Origin: Trichinella spiralis
Taxonomy: Eukaryota
Length of the DNA: 64,000 nucleotides
Direction: 5' to 3'
Assembly: GCF_000181795.1 (NCBI RefSeq)
Contig: NW_003526941.1
Coordinates: forward strand, 2,042,232-2,106,231
Of this stretch, positions 1 to 12,870 are shown one piece after another. The notes beneath the pieces are model-generated. The model had not been told where the DNA came from. It worked only from the letters and a program-made list of their open reading frames with translations, and did no database searches. The position numbers and the translations under genes were made by a program. The stretch's first letter is position 1. Each line of letters begins with the position of its first letter.

Positions 1-1527
1 TTGCGAAAGCCCGTTGAACCCAGGTAAAACATTATTTTATTAAATTATTAATTACTTTTCATTAACAACATTTCAACACAACCAATTGATCAATTCAGTA
101 GTGGAAACAGTGCCGACTGAAACAACTACTACAGCTGAAAATTCAACCATGCCAACTGTTCCAATGATCAACGATAATTCGACTATTATTCAGCCTGCAG
201 GACCTGTCGATCCATACGCAACTGTATCACCATCAGAACAAAGTAAGAACAAAAAAACCAAAAAAGGAAAGAAATTGCAACTGTCATCAATTATTTAGTG
301 ACAGGTTATGGATCTCCGGGTGCTCATCCAATGGTACCTTCAGAATATGATGGTAGAGTATTTACTGATTTATTTTTTCCACAAACCGTTACATTTAAAC
401 GACCAATTTAAATGGGCAAGATTACTGATCATTTTTATTCGTGTTTAGCTTTCACCCATGCTCCTGGCACCAGTCCTAAAGCACCTGGCTTCGAAGGTGG
501 GACTTGCTTTTGAAAATGTATTTCAGTTCACTTTGAAATGACCATTTACGTGTTCAGATATACTTTATCCATACCATGTGAATACGAACGCTCCAAGTCC
601 GTTACCGTACAGCCCATCATCTCCCTCACCCTGTAAGTTGGAAAATGAGTGCACCAATTCAACTAGTTAAGAAGCTGTTTTTTAAGATCTTACCAACGGA
701 GAAATACCATCAAGTAACACACTTGCGCCTCAAATTGGTGAGCAGTTTTTCAACTGAAACTTAATAATGTCTTTAAATGCATTTTAATGCTTTTCTGCTT
801 TTAAGAGACCTACACGACCATTCATCATCCAGGTAGTTATCCTTATCCTCCAGCAACAGGTTAAACAGAACAACATTGTCTGATAGATATTTTTTAATCA
901 ATGAATATAATTTCAGTGGGCACAACATCTTCAATACCAGGCAGTTATCCTTACAGGCCACCTGCTGAACGTAAGCAAAATTTCAAAATTTACTTTCATA
1001 TGTACATTTCATGTCGTCATTCATCTGTCTAGCTGGATCAATTTCTGGTTCCGAACAAATATTACCTCCTGCTATCGGGCCAATTCCTGATATTATTCAA
1101 CCAAGTAATGAATAAATTGGCTTAAATAAAACAGAAACGAATTAAACAGTAATTTAACATTACAGCTCCAAGCTCGCAAGTGGAAGTTCCTTACACTGTC
1201 GCGCCGAGTCGACCTTTGCCAAGTATGAACCTGAACAAACACTTATAAAAAATAATGAATATGTTTATGTTTTCAGTGCCAGCCCTGCCGTCGCCGTATC
1301 CGCAGGATTTCGATGTGACAGAGAACCCACAAGATCCGAGGTATTGGCTCTACTGTCCGGATGGTGAAATTCCGATGCAGTACAAAAATGGCACCATGAT
1401 ACGGTGCTTGCCGGGCCAAAACATGTGCCCGTTGAAATCCAGGTGCTACTTTAACGGGCTCGACTATTTCTGTTGCTCCACTGCCACCTACGAGGTCCAA
1501 GAGCCTGCCTTGCCTTCGCCATACTAA
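1..1527 (+). CDS. 3' part of a multi-exon Pro/Ser/Thr-rich (mucin-like) protein ending in a 6-Cys Lustrin/WR1-like module; 5' end lies outside the window
   Basis: Eleven exons join in frame through ten GT-AG introns, all phase 1 (e.g. ...GYGSPGAHPMVPSEYD|...HPGSYPYPPAT|...IPGSYPYRPPAE|...). The last exon, 1277-1527, encodes CPDGEIPMQYKNGTMIRCLPGQNMCPLKSRCYFNGLDYFCC (C-C-C-C-CC pattern) and ends in TAA at 1527. Confidence 0.75.
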
Positions 1528-1838
1528 GCCATTCTACTGGGCTGGGCCTTTGCCACGCCTCAATGCCCTGCCCTGTTTCTCACTTTCAGTCCGAGAGTGC
1601 GCAACATGCGCATCAAAATACATTCCTCAAATCATTCCGGCATCAAATGTACATAAATACTTGTGTGATTACTTGTAAGTATGTCGTTCTACCTTACTTC
1701 TAAACTGTATCAGTATGAATAAACTATTTGTTGTTTGTGAGTTGCTTTGTTTTATTATGAATAACTGAATTCTGTAGCACTGAACGTTCTGCAGCATAAT
1801 TCTTTCTAATTGAAAAAAATCATAAAAAAGCAAATACA

Positions 1839-2936
1839 TCAAGCCACTGGAATTAATTTCATGTAAGCAATACTTCCGAGAGTGCCGGCTAACCAGACCA
1901 GTAGCCACAAACGCCTACCAACCTGAGTGACAATAAACGGCATCGTTAAGAAGGCAACAAGTAGAACGGATGGTAAAGTTTCTCTTAGGGGAAGCGGTTT
2001 GGAATAAGATGGCTCGCCTGGAAATGCTTGCCCATTTTCATTGAACTGCTTCAAATAATTCTCTTTAGCTGCAAATCGTTGGAAAAGCCATTTCCTAAGC
2101 GGCACTTCATCCCTGGGAACATCATACAACGGGATGCAATCCAATTTGATATGAATACGAGTCGACCTCCAGTTGCAGACTGTGGTTAACATGTTCGGTA
2201 TCTGACGAATATCGTCCAAACGTTCGTACAAAATTGTGACATCGTGGACGAATTTCAAATTTTCCCTCAAATGGTTCAGTATCCAATAAAGTCCACGAAC
2301 TCGCGGAAGCAAAGTGTATTCAGGGATGGCGACACCAAATTCTTTCGCAAACTGTGCTGACTTTTCCGACGCATGCTTATTATTTGAAGAAAAACGAGTG
2401 CCTTCTGGAAATAGAACGAATGATGTAGGAACGTTAAAGTTTTTGATAAAGTCCAACTGTTGTCCAGATATTTCAGGACGAAAGCGACCAGCGCGTCGAA
2501 CATAAACGCAACCGTGTAAATAAAAATAAAAACCATACAACGGCACGTATTGAAGTGTGTCTTTCAAAATATATCTCAAACTGCCAAGGCGGCCACGTCG
2601 CACTGCAAGCATATCCCCAACGACCCAATCCAATGAACTTTGATGATTGAAAAGATAAATGATATTTCCCGATCCACGCAGTTCAACTGAACACGGATCA
2701 ATACCATAAAATATTAATTCAGCACCAGAAACGTATTCAAACAAGAAAAGAACAAATCGCTGATATATGCTGTACATCGAATCGTCTACTTTAGCCCAAA
2801 TTTGTTCGGGAAAAATAAATTTGGAAAACACGCGCCACATTATCGAGATGCAAAAATATGGCACTGAGGTAGTCATGACCATTAATGGAATGAAAAAAGT
2901 TTTCACATAACTAGACACTGTCGTGATGATGTTCAT
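1839..2936 (-). CDS. AGPAT5: 1-acyl-sn-glycerol-3-phosphate acyltransferase, AGPAT5/LCLAT-like (365 aa, single coding exon)
   Basis: Acyltransferase motifs NHQSSLDW (HxxxxD), LRYILKDTL, YVRR and LFPEGTRF, plus hydrophobic N- and C-terminal segments. ATG at 2936 follows a TTTTCAG acceptor at 2964. Confidence 0.88.
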   Translation of the reverse strand: MNIITTVSSYVKTFFIPLMVMTTSVPYFCISIMWRVFSKFIFPEQIWAKVDDSMYSIYQRFVLFLFEYVSGAELIFYGIDPCSVELRGSGNIIYLFNHQSSLDWVVGDMLAVRRGRLGSLRYILKDTLQYVPLYGFYFYLHGCVYVRRAGRFRPEISGQQLDFIKNFNVPTSFVLFPEGTRFSSNNKHASEKSAQFAKEFGVAIPEYTLLPRVRGLYWILNHLRENLKFVHDVTILYERLDDIRQIPNMLTTVCNWRSTRIHIKLDCIPLYDVPRDEVPLRKWLFQRFAAKENYLKQFNENGQAFPGEPSYSKPLPLRETLPSVLLVAFLTMPFIVTQVGRRLWLLVWLAGTLGSIAYMKLIPVA

Positions 2937-5651
2937 AACTGATTCAACTAATTGGATTCGTACCTGAAAATCACTTACAGTAATACAAAACACTGTATTG
3001 TGGGGAATGATTTAGAAAAATAATTTTCCTAACCAAACAATTAATGAATGCATTCCTTTCTTTAAACTTTATCAATATTCTAAATAATTAAAAAATTATA
3101 AACAAGCTATACATGTAAAGGTAGAGCGAATGTACTGTATTCATAAATCGGCTAAAATCTTACGGATAGTGATTCAAAATACAAACTTATTTTCAATAAT
3201 TTAATCTTTAGTAATACCATTTCAGAAAATTATTTTACTGACAGTTAAGCTCTAACTGAATTCATATGTAGTGGACATGTTGGATCCAAATTATCTACAT
3301 CTTTAAGCCAGTCTGTTCTTAAACTGTATGAGTTTGGAAACTAATAATACTAGTAATTTAACTACAGTTTTGGTCAATCAATAAGCAATTGTGATTGGGA
3401 TTTATTGAATGAATTACTGGATACAGTGAGCATTAGTATAAATGGTACGTACTCGAGAAAATGCAAAAGCTTACTTACTGCTCAGTCATCGATTGGAATT
3501 AGCGGAAAAGACAAATGCAAAAAATGCCTTATCTTAAAATGCTCAATTCTGTTAATTACATCAGTTGAAAACTTTGCCAACATCAAAACTCGGCAACGTG
3601 ATCCAAAAAATGAGTTCTGTAAAATAATCAAGTATAATTTTTTTCATATGGTCGATTTAATCATGGTTACTATTAAAAAAAGAGAAACAAGCGTTTTTAT
3701 AATTGAAAATAATGAAATTATTAATATACAATATAAATATATACAAACAGACATAACTGTTATCAAAAAAATGGAACACTTCAAATGATCATTTTTTCTC
3801 TTAAACCGTAAAAAGGGAAATTCAACTCTAAGCAATGCAATAAGAAAAAATAATGATTAATTAAAATACTGTCGACAGAAATTTACAGACTGACGGAATT
3901 ATTTTTTTTTCAATTTGTAGACAATAAATGAAGCACTAGAGTGACAAAATAGATCAGCATGTAATGTTTTAATGTTACAGCAACGTTCTTCAGAGAATGT
4001 TGCATTTCAGCTAAAAAGAACACATGCTCCTTAGCAACAACAGAAAATTATAATCCAACATTACAGTTGATTCCAAACTGCTCAAATTAATCTAATCGGT
4101 TTTGATTTCATCATCCATACATGACAAGTACAATGACAAATGATTTTAAAAATGAAATAAACTTGAAACTGCGAAACAGTTTATCATGAACTTTGTAATA
4201 TTTAAAGAATGTTTTTCAAATGTAAAATTCTTTTTTTCACTATAAACTTAATTCTACTTGATATTTTAATTGAACTTGTCTAACCGTGTGCTTAGGTGAA
4301 AATTATTAAAGCGAACATGCGTGCATCTGTGCAGAGGCGATATCAATGTTAATTTTGCTGTCATATATGATATCATTCATCAAGTAAATTTCAAAATTGC
4401 ACGCTATGATTATCTGAAACTGAGATAAATTAATTGGTAAATTTTCCCTTTGGTAGGAAAATTTAACATCACAAATAAGGTATTAAGTTGCCTTCCTGTT
4501 AAAGGTTATTTTTAGCATATACCAATAATCAAGTTGAATAAGAATAATGCTGAGAATAGTTTTCATTAGCATCAATCGTACGTACAACTCAACTTTAAAT
4601 TGATTCCATTTTTATACGCAATACATCATACTGAGAAAAGTTTATTTCATTTAAAGGGTTTTGTTTCATTATTTTATCTATATGCCAAAAAATACTGACA
4701 AATAAATAAGTTTTCAGTTTATATTAAGAGGAGAAAAAGAAACTTTATACTGGAATTATAAAGAAAATTAATCGATCAAATAAAAGACAACACATCTCAA
4801 GTTTTTAATTAATAAACTGAAAGAAGATGAGTGTGTCAAAAAAAACATTGCGTGTATCACAAAAAAAGACCAAACGCATATAAATACGTTAACATGCAAT
4901 GTGAAATTTTGATTATCAACCTGTGGTGAAAATAATCACTTCATTCAGTCAGTTATACAGAGAAATTCAGTGATTAGACTGATAATTATAACGATGAAAT
5001 AAATCCATTCTACAAGATTTGTTGCGTTTTTGAGTTACTGAACTATTCAAAAGAACACAAGACTGAACTGCATATTCGTGTAAGTAGTATTTCAATTTTG
5101 CGCACGCTAAATATTTCATTCAACTATTTCTAAATTACATGCATGCAATTATTTTTGCATACCATTATAATTGAAAAGATATGAAAAATAAGATGCAGAA
5201 AAGATCTTATAAAATTAGTAATTTTCTCGTGTTATTTGAAAAAAGTCTGAACATCATATTGAAGAATTAATGAACGGTGAAAACATTGAAATTTGAATCA
5301 ATCAAATTACATTTGTAAGTAAATATCATTTAATGCAATATTAGACAATACTGTTTTTTTTCCTAAGTATAAATTTCACAAAAATTATTCACATAATACC
5401 ACTGCTTTCAAAAGCAGTTTTGTCAGTTCTACAAATTAAAAGTCAACAAACATATCTCTCTGTCCATAATACACAAAACATAGTACATAAAAAAAAAACA
5501 AACCTTTCGTGATATTCTACCGTTTACGTATAATGTAGATACAATAATAATGATAAGTATAAGTGAATGTACTCAATGCACCATACAGATATATTATTTC
5601 AATAATAATTTTTTGTTTGATGCAGAAATTAACGCTAGTGCAAAAACTCAC

Positions 5652-5720
5652 AGCAGCATCAACATTTCCAGTGAAGCGGAGTAGAACAAAACCAACATTA
5701 AGAACAGCTATTAATTGCAT
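5652..5720 (-). CDS. Putative first (signal-peptide) exon of a small secreted protein; downstream exons uncertain
   Basis: ATG...MQLIAVLNVGFVLLRFTGNVDAA is followed directly by a consensus donor GTGAGT. Candidate micro-exons follow at about 5503-5515 (NITK) and 5400-5428 (ELTKLLLKAV). Confidence 0.35.
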
Positions 5721-7044
5721 GTTACTTTATCCACCCTTAATTGTATTGAAAAATATTTTCGCAAAGGAACGAAAACAAGAATAAATCGCAAATTCAAGAT
5801 AGAAAACAAACATATAAGAATAATAAGAATAAAAAATGAAGCGATTCCATTCTCTGTAGAGTTTTCAGTCTCCTTCCACGTCGAATATTATTTATAACCC
5901 GACTAATAATTAGCTTTGTGTGAGTGATTAATTTTGTAAAATTATAATTTCTTATGGATAATTTTCAACGTTTCGCTCATTGGTTGAAAAATTCTTAGCA
6001 AAAGATGTTTTACCAGTTGTTTCAAATGGGTTTGCCATCCATCATTCATTCATTGGTGATTGCTTAGGACAAAAGAATCGACTTGTAGAAATCTAATAAA
6101 GACATCAAGTTATAACAAGCCACCATTAATGAAATAATAAATAATCTGATAAATGAAATATTTGTGGTTTTATTTTTGGCGAGAAGAGAGAAATTTCTGA
6201 AAACAAAAACAGTGCACTCTTCGATTCTTCAGATTAAATTAAGAAATAACAACGGATAATTTAAGTATGAAAGTTGCATGTATAACACATTTCAAGTCAG
6301 TTTTCATGTATAACATCTCCTTTATTATTTCTGTTGAATAATTGTAAAATACAGAAACATATTGCATCATAGCTTATGAGTTACGGAAAGTTCGTGACTC
6401 TAACTAGACGAGGCGGTAATAATTTTTCGATTTCCATAAAAGTAATAAAGTTCCACAGAGACGCGTTCAAAAGAACCCCTGAGACATAAGATTAGTGAAC
6501 ACAAATGAATGTCCGTTATCAACAAAGCACGCCCTGGGATTTCAATCCTGTAAGTTCAAAAAGTTAATCTTTCCTTGATACATATACTCGTGGAAAAGTC
6601 ACAAAATCATAATTTATTGCACATAACGGTTATTGAAAAACAATAACCTTATCGCTATTAATTTGTATACATTTTTTAAAAAGCAGTGAGATGTATATGT
6701 CAACGTTGTGAAAAATGAAATGATATCAAATGACCATTAATAAAAGAAAGAGAAGAAGAAGAAGAAGAATAAAAAGAAAATTAAGAAATGGAAAAAAGAG
6801 AAGAAAGAATAAGTTCAAGAAAAATAACAGGAAGAGGAAGAATGTGATTCGCTCAAATGAAAAAGAAAAAAGACACTTAATAAATGCAAATAGCAAAATT
6901 ATACATAGAGAATATTTTGTAACAAAATAAGTGTATAACAATTATCCCAACTTTAAGATTTCAACAATGAAAGATGCAAATCGATTTTTGTAAAAGCTTA
7001 TCACGTAAATTATGAAGTCGACAAACAATCGAGTTGAGTTGTGC

Positions 7045-7112
7045 AGAAGAAGGAGAAGAAGAAGAAGAAGAAGAAGAAGAAGAAGAAGACGACGACGACG
7101 ACGACGACAACG
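7045..7112. repeat. Compound (AAG)n(ACG)n microsatellite
   Basis: A run of agaagaaga... is followed by gacgacgac... Confidence 0.9.
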
Positions 7113-7266
7113 AAGCTTTGCGCGTTTGCTAGCGTGTATCCGTGTCTGTGACTGAGTCACAGTTACAAGTAAGAGTAGCATGCACTTGCAGACCGGCGTA
7201 TTTCGATCATGCTGATAGCATAAATGATGCTAATAATGCAGCGCTAATGCAGCTGCGTACGAAAGC

Positions 7267-8548
7267 ATGGAGCAGCGTTATGAAGATACAGGTTTCAAAT
7301 TTCAGCAAAAATTTCTCGAAATGGATGCGCTCACTATCGGACGAATGGCACTGCTGATTTTCCTCGAATGCTCCGCCTTCATAACTCAACTGTTGTTCAT
7401 TGGCATTGGAATTTCTCGAAGACCGCTTGAAGCTTTTCCAATGCTCATAATTTGTAAGTTACTTTTAATATTTGTCTACTTAATTACTAAAATTCTACAT
7501 AATTCTCTTATTTATCAATTTCAATGGAATAAAAACTATTTTTTATTGAAAATTCAATGTTTAATTATAATACATTTGTAATGCTTGTTAAATGTTCATT
7601 GACAGCTGATTTGAGTGCGTGCTTTCTCTTTAACTTGCATAAATGCATCAGCTATTGTTCTTTGAGTAATAACTAACTACTCATCAAAAGATCTATAATC
7701 AATTCTCTTTTGCCAAGTATTCATCTGTCGATGATCAATTTAAATGTATGCAATACATATTCACCCACATATCCTAAATATATTACCATAAAGACACTCT
7801 ATGCAATACAAGTCATTTTCAGATTTGAAAATAATAATTTAACAGATTATTTGTTTATTTATAAAGCATCTACATCATTTGAACTAGTTTCTCCATAATC
7901 ATCCTCATATGTAGATAAATAATGCAGAATAAATTCATGAACATCTGAACCAGTCTACTGAATCTCACAAGAACAAATGAAAAAATAAAGAAATAAAAAA
8001 TTTGACATTTGACAAAAATCATGACTTATGTTCGTTCAGTCAAAGGAGCAACCTTGTAATTAATCATCTTAAATTCATTCAAAAATTAAAATCATATTCA
8101 CTTTTTATTTACCGGATAACTATAACAAAAAAATGAAAATCTGTTTAACAAATCAAAGCGCTTCACTTGCTGTTATTTATTATCTGTTACATTTGAAACC
8201 CTTTCAAACTCATTGTTATCATCAAATGCCCACATTTTTACACTTTACTAATGAAGTTCATTTCACTAAAATTAAATCTATTATTGTTGCTTTTTTCAAA
8301 AAAAAAACAGATAAATTCATGCTAGAATATTCTTCAATTTCTAAAAATACATGTAGAATGCAACTAAATAGCATTTAATAAAAATATCCTAATTTTAACT
8401 GCATCAAATTTTAATTATTAATCGATGTTATTTTGCAGTGTATCCATACAATATGAATTTCAATTATTAATCAATGCAGCAGTAACACCATGTCTAGTGA
8501 AATATATCTATGGGCATATTTTAATTAAGTATCAATTGTCGGCATATA

Positions 8549-8584
<36 letters not shown>

Positions 8585-8592
8585 ACAGACAA

Positions 8593-8660
<68 letters not shown>

Positions 8661-10097
8661 GGAGGAGGAGACAGATTTATGCATTAACTTCATTATTTCA
8701 GTGCCAAATAAATTGTTAGCAGCTTCACGTTTAATAATTATCAAAGTATCAATCCGTAGTTTCATGTTGATTTTAATAAAAATAACATACGAAAAATTCA
8801 GTGCATATTGTGCAAACAATACGGTAAAATATATTTCACTGAAACTGGGTTTTAAAATTTTTAAATATTCTATTTAATTTCGAACATTTGCAATAAAGTA
8901 CACTTAAACATGTTCGCTAATTATAAAGCAATATAGTTGATATATAATGCTTACCAATATTTAAAAAAAGAAACAAATAGATAGTTCAACCTAATATTCG
9001 ATCTTGTTATGCATCATTATCAACAACAACAACAAGAATAAATTATAAAAGTATAAAAGAAAACGTAAAAATAATTCATTAAACAGCAATGCATGCAACA
9101 TAGTGATATTAGACTTTAAACCTCGGAAGAAACGATCATCACTTAAGCCCATTTATAATGAAATTTGCTTAAAATTTTCCTCCATACACGTTTGCTGCGG
9201 AGTGTCAGTTTTCTCTTTTTATCAAAAGCTTAAATCATTTACGAAGCTAACATGTCAAATCTAACAATAAACGCAACAACAATTCATTTGTGAAATTTTA
9301 ACAGTTTGTAATGCACAAATTTTTAATTATGTCTATGTGTTTCAGTTTGCAGCGCTAATTCTTGCATCATCGCTTTCAGCATGATATTCGAGTATGGACG
9401 ACGATTTTACCTGTCCAATTCCAATCTATTCGCTTATCGCCCTTTGACATGCTTGTACGCATCGCCACATCTGATAACTCGAACATTTGGTCGTAGCAAT
9501 TTTGTACTAATTGTTTTATTACTTTCCGTGGAACGTCTACTCGCCTTGTACTACCCTATGTGGCATAAGCGCTTGTTTTCAGAACGTCAGTGCCGCATGT
9601 TGATGTGCTTAATTGCGTGCAGTTCAATTTCGATTGTGATCATACTTTGCCTCTGCGCATGGAACAATTCCAACGCACTCGTCTCACCTCAGTGTTCACT
9701 TCAGCAGACGTCTTACACGTTCACGCTTGCCATGGCTTATTACTACTTGATCGGCGATTCACTGAGCTGCTTGACCAATTGTATCCTGCTTTTCAAACTT
9801 TATCGGCGTCGATCAGTGTCGACAATGAACGTCTCAATCAGAAAAAGATGGATAGTGATAATCATAATGACGAATATCATTCTAGCCTTTGGACCGGATG
9901 TTGTCAACGTTATGCGCTTATGCGGTTCAGTCAAGCGTGGTGTACAACGGCTTTGCCAATTCATGAAACAAACCTACGCCTACGTTATGGTAGCGCTTTA
10001 CTTTTTCTCTTGTACAGATTTGGCAGAAAGTATGCGACGGACTTTCCGCTGTAACAAATGCTCCCTACGCAGGCCTCCTATTTTACCTGGCAACTGA
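7267..10097 (+). CDS. Orphan 7TM G-protein-coupled receptor, about 312 aa, resembling nematode serpentine (Srsx-like) receptors
   Basis: Exon 1, 7267-7453 (donor T|GTAAGT), joins in frame to exon 2, 9346-10097 (acceptor TTTCAG). The product has about 7 hydrophobic segments and the TM3 end motif LSVERLLALYYPMWH (D/ERY-like plus downstream Pro). Confidence 0.75.
8551..8657. repeat. (TA)n plus (GA)n microsatellites in the GPCR intron
   Basis: Read directly from the sequence. Confidence 0.95.
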
Positions 10098-11385
10098 TTA
10101 ATCAATTTTCTACAGACTTCCTTCCAATTCGAATTTCCATCAAAACTCAATTATTAATCAATGGATTGTTACGTTCTTCTTCATAATAAAACAATATTTT
10201 ATTCGTAGTTCAATAACAATAGTAGTAATTTAATTTTTTGTACGAAGTATATTTTTCTCAAAACTTGAATTTCTCAACAATTATCTGATTTTTCGACTCT
10301 TTACATCTTCATTTAAACGATAAACAAAATAAAGATAAAAAATACCACTCTCTGCTGCTAGTCTCCTAACTGACTGATTGACACCGAGTAATTAAGAAAT
10401 CTCAGTCAAGATTCATTATTAATTTATTTGTACTTGAACATCATGCGTACTTGAACAATTTACAACTTATTCATTTTTTCCTTGTTAGTAAAACTTATAC
10501 AACTTACAAATAAAACCGCACTTTCTTTTGAAAAAAATTAATGACATTAAAAAACATCAATTAACAATGTTGCTTATGTCAGAAACAATGCTTATGGTCA
10601 AAAATAATAAAAATGCACTTACTTTAGCAGTGATTATTCAAAATTTTCACGCAGGTGTTTCAGCAATTCGAATCACATTTTGTTGTGTGTTTCGTGCTTG
10701 TTGTTTGCCCTTAAATCTCTGAAATCTGTTCTCCAGATTGAGATTATCATGGAAACCTGATTCACCTGATCATGGAAATCAAATATTTTCACATATTACT
10801 TGAAAATCAAAAACTACAGTATCCTAAAAATAAAATTGAAAAGCATTTCTGAAGCATCGATTAATTGACTACCAACTTCATCTTTCTCATATAAATTTTT
10901 TCTTACCGATCTAAGTGCGTATTGTAGAATTTATTTCGTGTCGATTAGTTGAATGACATTTGTTGTTGTGAGAGGTATATGAAATTGACATTCAACAACA
11001 TGATGCTCAATCAGAGAAACAGAGATGCCAGTGGCACGCAGATGGTCGTGTATCATGCTATGCATGCTAGCGTGCAAATGAATGCAAATATCGGCTGAAC
11101 ACTGGTTCTAAATTTCAACGAATGAGGTATTACTGTTTATGTTCATGTTTACGTCAGCAAATGCAAACAGTGAAGCAGTGAATGCTGCTGCAAATTTGAA
11201 TCTCTTTCACTAACCACTGTCCAGGGCATCGGTTTACATAGAACAACTTAATTCATAATTATAAACTAAGGTGCCTAAAAGTTCGACGTGATCACAAACA
11301 CTGCAAATGGAATGTAATAAAACATTAATATACGGTCAGTCATCAGCTGTTGAATGCAACTGTATATATGTATATACATACATAC

Positions 11386-11457
11386 AAAAGCTGCATCTGC
11401 ATTTTTGTGGAAAAACAATAATGCAAACATCACTGTACATAAATAACCTGTACGCAT
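11386..11457 (-). CDS. Putative first (signal-peptide) exon of a small secreted protein; downstream exons uncertain
   Basis: A TTTTCAG acceptor lies just upstream of the ATG. MRTGYLCTVMFALLFFHKNADAAF is followed by a GTATGT donor and has the same N-x-D-A-A ending as the exon at 5652-5720. Confidence 0.4.
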
Positions 11458-12475
11458 ATTCAAATTTCTGAAAAACTTGAATCTGATAAAACAACGATTC
11501 TGCTATTTTCATTGTGCGTGATGAGCAGCAAAGAAGAGAATAATGTGTACGAGAAAACTTCAAATAAAGTAAAAGATAATATAATGAAGTGTCACATAAT
11601 TCATTTACATGAAGAGAAAACAAAAAATAAATTTAATAAAAAAATCGAAAAACAATCTCTCCTTTTGGTGTTTATTCATTTCATGTCAGCTAAAAATTTA
11701 AATCCTCACTTGAATACAAAGGAGGCAAGTTGAATTGTTCTTTCAAAATTTAATTGACCCGAGGTCTTGTTTACTTTGTTTCACAAACCCAAACGTTGAT
11801 ATTTCGCTAAAGATAAAAGAATAAAGCTAAAGCTAAACGTTGATACTTCCCCGAAATTTATTGCGATATTCTAATCACGGATACTTATTAATTAATTTTC
11901 TTAAATTTGTACCAACAAAAATTAGTTGCTCAAATCTTACCTTGCTTTCACAACCGCATCAAATATTTTTTAATTACAGAACTAATAATCTTTACTATTG
12001 ATTATTCCACTACCGATTTAGTGGAAACCTCTTTGCCATAAGCTGTCACTACAGAATTCAAAATATGCCTGCTTCACCCATCAATAACAACATATGGAAG
12101 ATAATTATGATGAAATCTTGCATAGTCCATTCTGAGAACTGAAAATGCTTTTCACACTGCAAACAAATCAACTTTCGATTAGAATAACAGTATAAATAAA
12201 TAGTGGTAGTAGTAGCAGTAGAAAAATAAGTAATTTTTAAATAATTGCTTAAAAAATAAATTAGAAAATAAAAGTTGCCCTATTGTAATAATGTGACAAT
12301 AAGAAAATGCCGACACTTTGCTTTTCTGAATAAAAATTTAATCAGAACAAAAGCGAATCATTCGTTAATAATAAGAAGCTCATTTGATAATCATTTAGGG
12401 AGGGGGGGGGAGAATGTGCTTAATTGAAATAGGCGAAAATTGAAATCAGAACTAATTGGTGGTGCACAAATTTTG

Positions 12476-12870
12476 CTAGTCATTTTTAAATAGCTTGCGA
12501 GTGATAAATCTGGGATCTCGCAGTGGAATAGTTTTCAGGCGTCTTGAAGTACCGAGTGCATTCATTGCTTCCATTTCTCCTGAAAATTTACAAAATTCAC
12601 CTTATTCTAGAACTGCTACAGTATTGAAAAATGAATACGAAAAATATGTAATTTAATATATTTGAAAGATGAAAAAATGCAATAAGCCGTGAGGGAAGAA
12701 GATGTTGCCAGATAAGAAAAAGTTGCTGTTTTCAGGCGCTTACTTGCGTACAAATCAATCAGATTTTTCAGATCAGCAAATGTCGGCTCTACAACGGCAT
12801 CGTCTTCGCCGCGAGCAAATAAGAAAAGCAAAGCAGCAATCAGGTGAATAAAAAGTTGCATTTTGACCAT
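12476..12870 (-). CDS. Small secreted neuropeptide-precursor-like protein (76 aa), loosely NPF/NPY-like
   Basis: Exons 12870-12744 and 12579-12476 (A|GTAAGC...TTTTCAG|GA) give MVKMQLFIHLIAALLFLFARG-EDDAVVEPTFADLKNLIDLYAREMEAMNALGTSRRLKTIPLRDPRFITRKLFKND*. It has a signal peptide, an amphipathic helix and RR and RK dibasic sites. Confidence 0.65.

Noticed and set aside
3249..3501. Possible plus-strand exon chain (..LTEFICSGHVGSKLSTSLSQSVLKLFGQSISNCDWDLLNELLDTVSISIN..)
   Set aside because: It needs very short introns (about 40 nt), has no start codon and ends quickly. Too weak to call, though a gene fragment cannot be excluded.
6726..7181. Lys/Arg-rich and poly-Leu/Arg ORFs
   Set aside because: These are translations of purine-rich low-complexity and microsatellite DNA with no splice or homology support.
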